Notes under the pieces: model-generated
Databases searched by the model: none
Told to the model about the DNA's origin: nothing
What the model saw: only the letters and a program-made list of their open reading frames with translations
Translations under genes and position numbers: made by a program
Part shown: positions 49,601 through 62,895 of the stretch, piece after piece
Numbering within the stretch: position 1 is the first letter of the stretch
Layout: each line of letters opens with the position of its first letter
NCBI RefSeq assembly: GCF_001194135.2
Contig: NC_068982.1
Span: 13,116,383-13,180,382 of the forward strand
Source: Octopus bimaculoides
Lineage: Eukaryota
Reading direction: 5' to 3'
Length of the DNA stretch: 64,000 nt

Positions 49601-50591
49601 ATATGTATATATATATATANNNNNNNNNNNNNNNNNNNNNNNNNNNNNNNNNNNNNNNNNNNNNNNNNNNNNNNNNNNNNNNNNNNNNNNNNNNNNNNNN
49701 NNNNNNNNNNNNNNNNNNNNNNNNNNNNNNNNNNNNNNNNNNNNNNNNNNNNNNNNNNNNNNNNNNNNNNNNNNNNNNNNNNNNNNNNNNNNNNNNNNNN
49801 NNNNNNNNNNNNNNNNNNNNNNNNNNNNNNNNNNNNNNNNNNNNNNNNNNNNNNNNNNNNNNNNNNNNNNNNNNNNNNNNNNNNNNNNNNNNNNNNNNNN
49901 NNNNNNNNNNNNNNNNNNNNNNNNNNNNNNNNNNNNNNNNNNNNNNNNNNNNNNNNNNNNNNNNNNNNNNNNNNNNNNNNNNNNNNNNNNNNNNNNNNNN
50001 NNNNNNNNNNNNNNNNNNNNNNNNNNNNNNNNNNNNNNNNNNNNNNNNNNNNNNNNNNNNNNNNNNNNNNNNNNNNNNNNNNNNNNNNNNNNNNNNNNNN
50101 NNNNNNNNNNNNNNNNNNNNNNNNNNNNNNNNNNNNNNNNNNNNNNNNNNNNNNNNNNNNNNNNNNNNNNNNNNNNNNNNNNNNNNNNNNNNNNNNNNNN
50201 NNNNNNNNNNNNNNNNNNNNNNNNNNNNNNNNNNNNNNNNNNNNNNNNNNNNNNNNNNNNNNNNNNNNNNNNNNNNNNNNNNNNNNNNNNNNNNNNNNNN
50301 NNNNNNNNNNNNNNNNNNNNNNNNNNNNNNNNNNNNNNNNNNNNNNNNNNNNNNNNNNNNNNNNNNNNNNNNNNNNNNNNNNNNNNNNNNNNNNNNNNNN
50401 NNNNNNNNNNNNNNNNNNNNNNNNNTGTTAGTGTATGTATGTATGTATGTATGTATGTATATATGTATGTATGTATGCATGCATGCATGTCTTTATGTGT
50501 GGGTATGTATGTGTGTATATGCATGTGTGTATGACTGTCTGTCATATGTATGTACATACACAGACTGATAGATACATACTATTGATCTGCC

Positions 50592-50660
<69 letters not shown>

Positions 50661-50811
50661 GTATGCATGTATGTATATACACATACATATGTTTATCTAT
50701 ATATATGCATGTATATATAAGTATATATATATATGCATATATACATGTGTGTGTGTGTATGTATATATATATATATATGGGAGAATATACAAAAAATAAC
50801 ANNNNNNNNNN

Positions 50812-50872
<61 letters not shown>

Positions 50873-50985
50873 TATATAGTATAGATGTAGATATAGATAT
50901 ATAGATATATGAATACACATATGTATACACACACACACACATATATTATATATATATGAATACACAAATGTAAACATATATATAT

Positions 50986-51030
<45 letters not shown>
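49520..51030. repeat. Long compound (TA)/(TG)/(TATG)/(CA) microsatellite with gaps
   Basis: Direct inspection. Confidence 0.95.
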
Positions 51031-51033
<3 letters not shown>

Positions 51034-52859
51034 TTTTTTCAATACATTCTATCTCTCTTTAAAAAGTAATCAGAATAATTTAATATTTCAACATCTTTTT
51101 TTTAAAGTTAATGTTGTTGTAGCTGTTGTTGTGGTAGTTATTTTTGATGTACTTGTAGTTGATAAAGATTACTGATGTTATTCAATTTGCTTTTCAAATC
51201 TTTTTTTTTTTTTAGTCTTTATTTACTGACTTTTAGTTTAAATGCTTGTAGATATGTTAATTATTCTAAATAAGATAAAGTGTTCTGTTATTTTTAATGT
51301 TTTCCCTCAAATAGATGTTTCTTATATTTATTAAAAAAAAAAAAGCCCTATACATAAAATGAAGAGAACGTATTGAAAAAAATAGAACTTTAATATTATA
51401 TAATTCACATCACCAAAATTAGATTTGCTGCATTAGAACAGAAAAATAGATATTTACATATTTTGTTATCTGGTTTCTTTTTTCTTTCTGTTTCTTGTAT
51501 TTTTCTTAGCTTTTTACCCCATCATTATCTCAAAATAAGTTGTAAGGAAATATTAAGTGGATAATGATGGAACCATACTTATCCTTTTCTCTTATTTTTT
51601 TGCTCAAGTTGAAGTCTTTGGATTATTGTCAAAGTAGTTGCTTTATCTAGTCATATTCTATAACAACTGTAGCAGATTAATCGTCTTCCATATTTCATTA
51701 CTTAATGAATGTTTAAGGAGAGAGTGGTGTGGATTGACAAAATTGGTAAAGTGTCGTATTTCGTTACACACCTTTGCATTCTGAGTTCAAATTCTACTTG
51801 GTCAACTTTGATTTCACTCTTCTAAGGTCAATAAAGCAAGTAATAAGATATTGGTATTGATATGATTGACTAAAACCTGCCGAAAGAGATCCCCACATTC
51901 TCCTATTTTAATGAAGGAAACTTGTATAAAATAACAAGAAAAGAAAGAGAATGTTAGCCTGTGTATTCAAAGAAGTACCCACAGGGAAAAATCTGTTTTT
52001 ATAGAATCGTAGAGTAGGTAACTATTTCAAACATGCAGCTCATTCATGTTGATTGGTTTATCTTCTAACGAGTCGTAATGAAGCAAGTCTTTGATCAGAA
52101 GCACTCTTACCATGACCATCCCATTATGAGGGACTGCATTGTCCAAAGTATCCTTTTCTTTTATAACTTGATAAAGTGTGATCAGAGGGAAATTTGACTG
52201 TTCAGCATCAGATTGCCAGCAAAGAGGTATTTGCAAAGGTTTTTCTCATAAATGTTTTCTTGGAATATAATCAATAACATACTGAAATGAAAGTTGCTTC
52301 ATTTTTCCTGACACCAGTGGTTCTTAGCCAGGGCAGTAGCATCCCTTTGGAGGTAGAAAACATTAAGGATACTATGACTGTTTAGTCCTAGGTGTTTGGA
52401 GGAATTTTGATTTTTCTTAGAAATGAAGTATTTAGATCATGTAAAATTCTTGTATTTTAAGCACATTTTCATGAAAATATCTGCCAAGATTAAAATATGA
52501 ACGAAAAGGATAGTGTTATCAGAGAAAAAAAAGCATGGTTGATGAAGTACCAAGGTCCAATAAAAGACCATTATATAAGTTTTCTTTTTCTTTAGTAATA
52601 ATCCTCTCCATTATAAAAATATAACAGAAGTAGCATTAGACCACAGAAACATCTGAAAAGAGGTTCATGCTGGATGGGACAATAAATTGCTACACGGAAT
52701 TAGCTTCTGTTTCTTTAAAACAGAAGTTAATTTTGATTAGAATAATTTACTTTGTTTTTTACAAAAGCAAAAAAGAAAGAAAGAAACCAAAGGTAAGAAA
52801 TCCATGAGAAAGTCGGGTACTGACAACAGTCCTCTAAGTATCCTCTCACTTTTCCTGTC

Positions 52860-54370
52860 CAGTACATCACTTTAGAGCTGCTACAACCAATGTTGGTTCC
52901 AGGAAAATTAAGTCCAATGAGATTGTAGAATGGAGGTATGATGGAAGAAAGCCTCAGTTAGACACCTCAAAGGCAAGGAAGAAAGGTACGGTTTTTTTGT
53001 TGGGTAGGCAGCATTGATGGAGTATGTGGCGTATGCATACTTCTGGCAGACAAATGAATAAATAAAGTAATCGAGACAAAGTGTATGGTAAGATAGTTAA
53101 AATGAGACAAGTTGGATAAGGTAGCGGTGCCTATGCTCCACAATTTGGGTTGGCAGATGATCAGAAGGATCAATTTTATGTCAAGCTTTTGCAAATTCCC
53201 TTGAAGACAACTGACCTTATTGTGTTGGCTGGGGATTTCAATAGATGTGTTGGGTAACACCTCCAGGACATACATTGAGGTTATGGGTTTGATTCTAGAA
53301 ATAAGGAGCTAACAATTAGGTGCTGGAATATTTTGATGGAAATGAATTCATGATCTGCAGCACTAACTTCAGGAAACCAGACTGATAGGTGATCAACCAC
53401 CTCATCACCAATCAGTCTGGTGACCACACATCATCATAGTTTAACGCCCACTTTCCATGCCAGCATGGGGTGGACGATTTCACTGAGGACTGGTGAACCA
53501 GATGGCTGCACCAGACACCAATCTGATCTGGCAGAGTTTCTACAGCTGGATGCCCTTCCTAACGCCAACCACTCCAAGAGTGTAGTGGGTGCTTTTACGT
53601 GCCACCTGCACAGGAGCCAGTCCAGCAGCACTGGCAATGGCCTCGCTCAAATGATTTTCTGAACATGCCACCTGCACAGGAGCCAGTCCAGCAGCACTGG
53701 CAATGACCTCGCTCAAATGATTTTCTGAACGTGCCACCTGCACGGGAGCCAGTAAGGCGACGCTGGTAATGATCACGCTCAAATGGTGCTATTTACGGGC
53801 CACTAGCATGGAAGCCAGACAGCTGCTCTGGCAATGATCATGCTCGGACAGTGCTGTTAGTGCTCCACTAGCACAGGTGCCAGTCATCGAATAGGGTTCA
53901 ATTACACAAGCTAAATCAATTCCATTTCTACTAGAAAATGTAATAAGCAGATGATTGTGAAATGCAGAATCTATCCTTGTTGAAGAATGTACAGACCAAC
54001 ATCGATTACTGGTTAGTAATTTCGAATTGAGTACTAGAAGAACTTTGAGTCAAATCAGTCTGGAAAAGAAAGATATAGAGGCTCAAAGATCCTGCAAACA
54101 ATCAGAAATTTAGAGATGTTCTAGTTGAAGTATTTAATGAAAACAAGAAGATAAAGGACAAGTTGTCCAGTAGTAACTTTCATTTCTTAAGTGGAAATCT
54201 ACCAAGGACTACAGACTGGTGCAATGTCCTCAAAACAGATTGTGTATAACAAGTTGGTTGAACAGTAGGGTAGACAGCTGTAAGAGTGAAAAGACAAGCT
54301 TGGAAAGGCCAGTTAAATGGAAATAGCAGTGAATTATACCAGGTAGCTAGGCGAGATGTTATGGTGACTC
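52860..54370 (+). mobile_element. Old RTE LINE endonuclease and linker fragment, interrupted
   Basis: AYAPQFGLADDQKDQFY...DLIVLAGDFN...; after the insertion EECTDQHRLLVSNF...LKDPAN; many stops and frameshifts. Confidence 0.82.
53425..53900 (-). mobile_element. Younger RTE 3'UTR copy nested in the old RTE
   Basis: Conserved tail and four units of 66 bp period; ACACA on both sides. Confidence 0.88.
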
Positions 54371-55017
54371 ATGATGCTTATCAAGTTGATCTAGTTTTAC
54401 TAAGGCTGTGTCCTCATCCAATCAAGACATGCTTCAGTAATGCTCCATTGACTCAAAAGGTCAAAAGAGATATTTATATATTTATAAATTTAGCATTTCC
54501 AAACTCTTCACACACCTATTTAACTTTAGTATTATTTAGGTGAAGGTGTATAGTCTAATGGTTTCAGTATTGACCTCCTGATTGGAGGTTGTAGTTTTAA
54601 TTCCCATATTGGATGGCTTGTGTTCTTGAGTAAAATGCGTTTCCTTTTCCACTACTCCATTCTACTTAGTTAAAAATGAGTATCAGTAATTGTTGAGGAT
54701 TAATATGGTGACCAATTGCCATACTACCTAGGGATGAGTATTGTACCATTTGTTGCTTATACACTATGGGTGCAAGGATAAACTCTGACATAATAAGCTT
54801 GAATGCTTATAAAAGACCTAAAACTTATGACTAACATTACTTATGATTGTTACTGTGAGAAGATTTAATAATTCTGAAGCTGCACTATCATCACTTCTAT
54901 TGCTGTGATTGCCTCAGTGGAAATTCAATGTTAAAATTCAAGTTGAAGAGACTGAATGGCTTCAATTCAAATCGACTTGAGATTTGGATGAGCAATTTGC
55001 ATTTCATTTGGTTTAAG

Positions 55018-55120
55018 GTTCAACATCAAAAATGCTGCTCCAATGGAACCAATCTTTGCTTCTCTTCTTCAGAGTAACTTTCATTCTCAGACAACATTCA
55101 AATTCATTAATAATCAACAT
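55018..55120 (+). CDS. Candidate internal exon (FNIKNAAPMEPIFASLLQSNFHSQTTFKFINNQH)
   Basis: Acceptor atttcatttggtttaag, donor CAT|GTAAGA, 103 bp; two frames open. Confidence 0.42.
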
Positions 55121-55173
55121 GTAAGAACGTAGTCTAAAACTAACATTGTATTTCCTAAAATATGTTTGTATCT

Positions 55174-55368
55174 TTAACCTATTCATTACCATATTTTGGT
55201 TGAAATACTTTGCTTCTGTTTCAATTAATCTGAAAATAAAGAATTTAGTAAAATAAATTTGTTATTGTTAAGCTGACGTTTGGACCAACAATTAACAGAA
55301 TTTTGATGGAAGGTTATAATTTATATATCTTACCATCATACGAACAAAGACAGTCTCGAAATAGTTAA
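55174..55368. mobile_element. Diverged inverted relative of the 56316-57009 MITE
   Basis: TTAA at both ends; AAAGAATTTAGTAAAATAA shared in reverse orientation. Confidence 0.55.
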
Positions 55369-55806
55369 ATCCAATGTTTCAAATTTATTCAACTTTATTG
55401 CTGGCTTAGTGTGTTATTCATGACAATGTGAATACATTCTTGAGTGTCTGTAAACTAGAATTTTGGATATTATGAAATATTTCCCATGCTTCTCTGAATC
55501 TGAGTAAATTTAGTTAGTTGAACATCATTATTTAGTTAGCTGAATATTGAAAAGATATATACATTAGAACACTCTTTTTGCGTTTTGTGGCTTTGTTTCA
55601 CTGAATATATTTACGCTTATAGATAAATGTATTGAAATTGTATTTTGCAAATTCCCTTGAAGACAAATGACCTTATTATGTTGGCTGGGGATTTCAATAA
55701 TTAAACAATAACTAAAGAACAATTACCAACAAAGAATTAACTGTTTTATTAACAGGCTGAGCATGTTGTGTGAAGGTACCTTCATTGGTTTGTCATTTTA
55801 AAATTT

Positions 55807-55965
55807 GCTGCAGGAGTGGCTGTTTGGTAAATTTTTGTTTCCAAGCCACAAGGTTCCAGATTCAGTCCTGCCACATGGCTCCTAGAGCAAGTGTCTTCTT
55901 CTATAGCCTTGGGATTACCAAAGCCTGGTGAGTGGATTTGGAAGACAGAAACTGAAAGAAGCACA

Positions 55966-56040
<75 letters not shown>

Positions 56041-56268
56041 TGCATGTGTGTCTTTCTGTTTATGTTTGTCCCCCAACCATTGCTTAATAACTGGTGTTGG
56101 TGTGTTTACATCCCTGTAAGTTAGTGTTTCAGAAAAAATGACCGATAGAATAAATATCAGGCTTAAAATAAAGGTAGTGGAGTTGATTCATTTAACTAAA
56201 ATTCTTCAAAATGATGCCCCAGCATGACCACAATCTAATGACTAAAACAACCAAAAGATAAAAGATTG
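55807..56268 (+). mobile_element. Full-length SINE family B
   Basis: Head, (TG)n(AG)n, (AAAAGAT)n tail. Confidence 0.85.
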
Positions 56269-56315
56269 AAAGATTGAGAAATGAAAATTCAGTAGTTATT
56301 TCCATTGAAGCATAT

Positions 56316-57009
56316 TTAACCCTTTCGTTACCAACCCGGCTGAAACCAGCTCTGGCTCTGAGTAGAAATGTTTTATTTTCATAGGTTTTGAATTAAAATC
56401 TTCCACCAAACCTTAGTCACAATTTATGTTCCTAACACTAGCTTAATGATAACTAAGTTATTTTACTAAATTCTTTGTTATATTTATGATTAATTGAAAG
56501 AAACACAGAGCATTTCAAGAGAAATAGGGTAAGAAAAGGGTTAACAAATGACTAATTTAACCCTTTTGATACCAACCTGCCTGAAACCACCTCTAGCTCT
56601 GTAGTACATATGACTGGTTTTCATATGTTTTGAATAAAAATCTTCCACAATTTATGTTCCTAACACTAGATTAATGATAACTAAGTTATTTTACTAAATT
56701 CTTTGTTATATTTAAAATTAATTGAAAGAAATACAGAGCATCTCAACAGAAATATGGTAACAAAAGGGTAAACATATGATTAATCTTTTTTGATACCAAC
56801 CTGACTGAAACCACCTCTGGCTCTCAGTACAAATGTCTTGTCTTCATAAGTTTTGAATTAAAATCTTCCACCAAACCTTAGTCACAATTTATGTTCCTAA
56901 TACCAGCTTAATGATAGCTAAGATATTTTACTAAATTCTTTGTTATATTTAAAATTAATTGAAAGACACACAGAGCATCTCAAAATAAATACAGTAACGA
57001 AAGGGTTAA
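56316..57009. mobile_element. Three head-to-tail piggyBac-type MITEs
   Basis: Units 56316-56544, 56557-56772, 56780-57009; TTAACCCTTT...AAAGGGTTAA ends with some decay. Confidence 0.85.
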
Positions 57010-57588
57010 ACAACACACTGATGATTTTCTACTACCATTTAGCTTGACAAAACTGTAAGATAACCAGTAGGATAAACACTAATTTATAATTTCTAAATAT
57101 AGATTGTAAAACATTGGCTCCTGCATTGCAATTAAATTATAAAACATTGGCCTCAAAGCAACAAATTAATTTGAAAATATGCGATACAATACATGGGTTG
57201 TAGAGTTTAGTTAAAAAATATCTATAAAGAAAGGGAGTTGATTTTTAAATGTACTATATAATATTTAACACTATTAAATCATTATTTAAGTGTTATTAAA
57301 TTAATAACTATAGAATATATCAATATAGAAAATGTATTAATAAAATATTTCAATGTGAATCACAAAAGATTTGTTTGTAGTATTTTGGAATGCTAACATT
57401 TGATATATTATTATAGAAAAAGTGGAAGCAGTATTTTTTCCTATATATTTCAAACATTAAACAAAACTTAATAGAAACGTTTACTTCCTAAGTTATCTGT
57501 TTATCTATTCATATATATATTTTCACATGTAATTACATACTTCAGTCAAACCTAACAAATAAATTGATATTGATGTTTTTTACTTCAG

Positions 57589-57713
57589 GAGTTGGGACCA
57601 TTTATAATTTTACCTATAAATCATTGATACAGCTGGTCACTATATCAAAAGGCAGAAAAATATATGCTTTAGAAGTTGGAATGTTATCCTCGTCACCAGA
57701 TGAAATATCTTAG
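57589..57713 (+). CDS. Candidate terminal exon (GVGTIYNFTYKSLIQLVTISKGRKIYALEVGMLSSSPDEIS*, or ELGPFIILPINH* in another frame)
   Basis: Strong acceptor gttttttacttcag; frame ambiguous. Confidence 0.28.
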
Positions 57714-57774
57714 CTGGTGGGTGCAGATTCATGTCAATGTGTAAATTCCAAATAGGACAATATTGTCCTAACTG

Positions 57775-58047
57775 GATAAGGTTGACTTTGCCTTTCATTC
57801 TTTCAGTGTTGATAAATTAATTACCAGTTGCATACTGGGGTCGATCTCCCTCAAAATTTTGGGCTTTGTGCATAGAGTAGAAAAGGATATTTATACTAAA
57901 CAAAGAGGAGGAAAGTGGCGAGCTGGCAGAAACATTAGTGTGCTGGGCGAAATGCTTAGTGGTATTTTGTCTGTCTACATTCTGAGTTCAAATTCCACTG
58001 AGGTCAACTTTGCCTTTCATTCTTTTGAGGTCAATAAATTAAGTACC
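57775..58047 (+). mobile_element. Two partial family A SINEs
   Basis: 3' half at 57775-57890 and 5' part at 57915-58047. Confidence 0.78.
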
Positions 58048-58095
58048 TTACGATCGTGAGCCAAATGCCCTAACTACTAAGCCATGCACCGTCAC

Positions 58096-58364
58096 CCCTG
58101 TAATACCAAAGATGAACTGAAGGCAAGGTTTATGGCAGCATTCACCAACTTAAACAAGGAGACCATCCAGAAGAATTGCAAAAGATTCGAAAGTTGTCTG
58201 GAGGCTATGGTTGAAGGCAATGGCGATTTTATTGAATAAATTTACTCTTTAATATCTCACGATATTTTAATGTAATTTTGGTAAATATATCTGTTAAAAT
58301 GAGATGTCAGTGTTATTTTAATTTTTGTGTAATTTAGACGACAGTTTATTCACCGTACCCTGTA
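58096..58364 (+). mobile_element. IS630-Tc1-mariner (maT-like) 3' end
   Basis: PCNTKDELKARFMAAFTNLNKETIQKNCKRFESCLEAMVEGNGDFIE* (58096-58239), then end ...GTACCCTG|TA. Confidence 0.72.
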
Positions 58365-58392
58365 CATATATAAGCATATATGTATATATGTA

Positions 58393-58423
<31 letters not shown>

Positions 58424-58433
58424 NNNNNNNNNN

Positions 58434-58475
<42 letters not shown>

Positions 58476-58599
58476 ACATTACACAACTGACATGTTGGCA
58501 CAACTTTCACACAGTATTTAGTATTGTGTATTCATATTTGACCCAATATACTCTTTATTTATATCTTCTTTCATATGAGGCCTCTGAAGAAGCATGCTA

Positions 58600-59340
58600 C
58601 AAAACATGATAAATAGCAGGAATAGTTGCCAAGATATTGGTCTTTATGACTTATTTGACAATGTACTCAGAAATCTGGAACTGAGATTTAACAAAATTGT
58701 TGGATAACATTTTGACATTGCAACAAATATGAATTGCATTCACAGAGATTTGGCAACAAAAATTTAAGTTTGCAGTGGACAACTCCAAAATCTTCCTAAG
58801 CAACATTCAATAGAAAATACTAAACCACTTTGCAATACCTTAGAAAACTATTCCTAACCATTACTGCTTTCCAGAGGCTATTTCGAAACGACATAGTTGT
58901 TTTGAAAGCATTAAAGTTGAAGGAGAACAAGTCTAAAAGTAGTTTTGTAGATTTGAAGAAACGAAGGCCATGGAAGAGTCATTATCTCATGATGTTAAGG
59001 TATGACTTGGTTTCACAAAATATGTATGGATATTATTGAATACCAAATGAGATTTTGATTACTTAATCAGATTGGTTGCCCTGAAAATAATACTGTCAAA
59101 CATAAGCAGCCAATAGAAATCCCATCATTAAAATGTGAGAGAGGAATAGCTACAGCAGCTGGAGAAACTTACTAATTGTGAAAATGGAGGAAAATTTGGA
59201 AATATTTGAAAATGTATTGAAAAAAATTTGGTGAAACTGTCAAAGAGATCCTTCAAAACACTTGATTTGCATTCGAGAATACAAGAGAAACGAGTTCCAC
59301 ATAGATTGCAAGTTCTGGCTGGTGAATTCGTAACTGAAGT
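58600..59340 (+). mobile_element. Possible hAT transposase relic
   Basis: KIVG*HFDIATNM (cf. GQGYDGASNM) and PWKSHYLMMLRY (cf. TRWNS.Y.ML.R) in the expected order; heavily decayed. Confidence 0.38.
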
Positions 59341-59556
59341 GGTATTGGCTCAATCTGGATTAGAGACTGTTATCATATATCTACTAATTATTTATTAGAT
59401 GAGATTAGTGGAGAAATGGAATCACAATTGCCAATGCATATTCTGTGCATTTAACTATATTATCCTTGGTGCTAATGTGTCAGCTGACTTTGATAAGTTC
59501 ACTATGGTACTAATCTGGATCTTCTAAAAACAGAAGTGACAATCTATGTAAAGGTT

Positions 59557-60025
59557 GGAGTAAAGAATTTTGCCAATATAACATGGCAGTCCTGGTTTAG
59601 AACTAATGTTACTGTAATTTAGCCCCAGGAGACATCGTCTCCAGCTGGCTATACAACATGATCTGTGTCCTTATATTTTTGGACAAGGGAATCTAGCACC
59701 GCCACTATAGTTAAGTGCACAGAATATGTATTGGCAACTACACATTTCTCCATTAAGCTAATCTAATAAATAGTTAGTAGATATATGATAACAGTCTCTA
59801 ATCCAGATTGAACCAATACCACTTTAGTTATGAATTCACCTTGTTCGAAAATATAAGGACACAGATCGTGTCGTATAGCCAGCTGGAGACGATGTCTCCA
59901 GGGGTTAAACTACAGCAACATTCGTCCTAAACCAGGATTGCCATGTTATGTTGGTAAACAATCTTTATTCCAAAGTACTGTTGATGAATATCTCTCGTTG
60001 TGAGATTTAAAAAGATAGTAATTTT
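59557..60025. mobile_element. Second member of the 622-1062 fold-back family
   Basis: Arms 59557-59688 and 59839-59971, unrelated 150 bp spacer, shared right extension. Confidence 0.82.
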
Positions 60026-61939
60026 ATGTTAAGTTTGTCAGGGGCCATATGCATACACAGCCATCAGGTTGACAGACAACTGCAGAAAGCATAGTTAAAA
60101 CTGTTTAAAAGAATGACATGAACAGCCCCAACATGTATTTCTTCGATATTATGAAAGCTTTTTTGGCAGCTGCAGTTCTGCAAAATTGAAGCCTTGATGA
60201 TAACATTTGGATGTTACTCTTTGCATATTTAGCACACATAATTTTTATTTGGTGTGCAATAAAAATCAGACATTGGGGAAGATGACGTGTGCAGAGAGGA
60301 TTGACAGTGTTGTAAATGAATACCAGTGTGGGGGTGTTTTGGTTTTCTTGTTACAACAAATACTAGATATAAAAAGGTTGAAAAATTGTGATTTTCTGAA
60401 ATGAAAAACAATAAGAAAGAGAAAATGTAATAGTTCTACGTAAGTTCTTACAGATGATGATCGATTGCAGTGCTCATCACCACTTCCAGCATCTTAGTCC
60501 CATAGTACAAAGATATGGCAACAGTAAGGCAAGACTAACCCATCAAATGTAGGAAAACACCCTTAAATTGAAGATGCTCTCATTCAGTGGGAATAAAACC
60601 AAGACAAACCAAATATGGCATACATCAAGAACAATGTTAGTTCTATCAAAGGACTTAATATTCAAATTTCCACATTATCTATTTATGACATAATTATAAA
60701 CTCAAAATGCCCGACAAGGCAAGCACACCTTTAATTAGGTCAATTTTTCTACCAAACTATCAAAGATAACATGTTCTAACTTGGAAAACCAACAGATTGG
60801 GATACAGGCTAAATGCTGAATCAAAGACATTGATGAAGTTGACCTAGATTTTGTTGTGGGTTGCTCATAGCCATTTGCAGCAGTTCAAGTGTTTTTGACC
60901 CCTGGGTAGTAGCACTCAAGTGTCTCTAGAAGATGAACAATTGAAGTGTATCAAATCACACTAGAACACTATCTAGGCAAGTATCAAAGTAATACACATG
61001 CAAAATGTCAGCCTATTACATCAATTATTCTTGGAGATATCGTGACCTAAAGGTTGCCACTCATAATCAGAAAAGTCATTTTGAGAAAAACGCAAAAAAT
61101 GCTGGAAATGGTTGATTTTACAACGATGCCCAACAACACAAGGATAATATCCACATTTTAGTGAATAATTTGCAGTTTTGTAGTCTAATAACGCCCTTTG
61201 CTATTTTTCTGAGATTTTGCTATCTGAAACCTGAGGTGTTAATCTTGTCTTAAAAGATACATTCTTCTTCAGTATCTGCTGAGATCCACTTGACAAAGTG
61301 CCCATCCATCGATCACTACCTTCATCTGCCAGCCTTAGAAAAGCACTGTTAAGTTTTGAGATTAAAGTGCTTAGAATTGTTTTATCAATGATGACCTTTC
61401 TCTGGAGCCACCCAACTGTGCAGAGCAGTCACTTTATGTGCAGATTTTAATCCAGCATAACCTTGGTACTAAGTCAGAGGATGAAGCTTTAACTATGAAA
61501 TGGCTTTTACGTAGGGATAGGAGAACCAGTGAACAAATAAAGGCAGGGGTATGCTGCATCACCTACCAAAAAGTATTAAAACTCCAGAACTCTTGATCAC
61601 TCTGTGATGAACAAAAACCTTGTAACCTTGTAAGAATGGAGTTAGTTCAGGGAAATATGTGCACTGAGTTAATTTTGTTAATCAATGAATAAGGAAAAAA
61701 ACACACAAACAAACAAACAAACATAGGATAGACAAATTTAAGAAGATTGTTTATTTTATCAAGAATGTTAGTTGACAATTAGCTGACAGGTGATTTGCTG
61801 TTATCATGAATTCGTTAATCTTTTTGCTTTTACTGTCTGATTAGTTTTTCTTGTCCTACCCACATTTTCTCTGCTATTATGTTTGTATTCGGAAAGACAG
61901 TTTCTCTCTTGCCCCCTGGTCTGTATGCCTGTGAATATG

Positions 61940-61944
61940 CACAA

Positions 61945-61981
<37 letters not shown>

Positions 61982-62110
61982 ATGCACACACACATGCACG
62001 CACATGCACACACACATGCACGCACATGCACACACGCACATGCACACACACACATGCACATTCACACATGTATGCACGCACGCACACACACACACACACA
62101 CACACATACA
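61940..62110. repeat. Degenerate (CA)/(CATG) microsatellite
   Basis: Direct inspection. Confidence 0.92.
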
Positions 62111-62619
62111 TATCATAATCATTTCCTTTTGTCTAACGACTGTTATTGCATATTTGAATAGCTTAGAAGAAAATTGAGACAGGATTTTTACAATCAGATG
62201 TTTTTCTTTCTTTTTTCATTTTCATTCACAATTATCTTCTCATTTCACTTCATGCATCAACTTTCTTCTTATTCTTTTTGTGTTATCGAATAGACCAGCA
62301 TTCTGGTCTTTTAAATAAGACTAAACATATGTATTTCGTATGTGTATTTCATGTGCAAGATTCTTGATGTGGATACATGTGTTGAAAGAAATACAATTAA
62401 ACCTTATAAATTGATAAAGGACTGGTTCAGTCCTTTATCAATTTATAAACAGTATATAGTTTTTTGTTAAATAATTTCATTGCACTCTTGAAATCTCTTC
62501 AGTAACTTGTCTCTCCGCTTCCATTTATTTTGAATGTATGATTTGGCATTGTTTTGAAACTTCGGTATGATCATATGAAGGTTTAAACATATGTAAATAA
62601 GACTAAACACATATATGTA

Positions 62620-62875
62620 TGTATGTATGTATGTATATGCATGTGTGTGTGTTTATGGGTCTGTGTTTCTCCGCCCACCCCAACATTGCTTGACAACCGA
62701 TTCTGGTGTGTCTATGTACCCATAACTTAGTGGTTCGGCAAAAGAGACTGATAGAATAAGCACTAGGCTTACAAAGAATAAGTCCTGGGGGCGATATTCT
62801 CGACTAAAAGTGGTGCTCCAGCATGGGCGCAGTCAAATGACTGAAACAAATAAAAGACAGAATAAAAGAATATGT
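62620..62875 (+). mobile_element. SINE family B 3' half
   Basis: TTGCTTGACAACCGATTCTGGTGTG...CAAATGACTGAAAC. Confidence 0.82.
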
Positions 62876-62895
62876 ATATATATATATATATATAT

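Noticed and set aside
49484-51175. ORFs of up to 357 aa
   Set aside because: Made of N gaps and dinucleotide repeats.
52027-52236. Minus-strand 69 aa ORF with ATG|GTAAGA donor
   Set aside because: Poor acceptor, no compatible neighbouring exon, opposite strand looks equally protein-like.
58575-58620. CUGAAGA AGCAUGCU ACAAAAC on plus
   Set aside because: GAAA absent and no convincing stem I.
60540-61140. Possible very old R4/Dong fragment
   Set aside because: Only faint frameshifted similarity; too weak to list.
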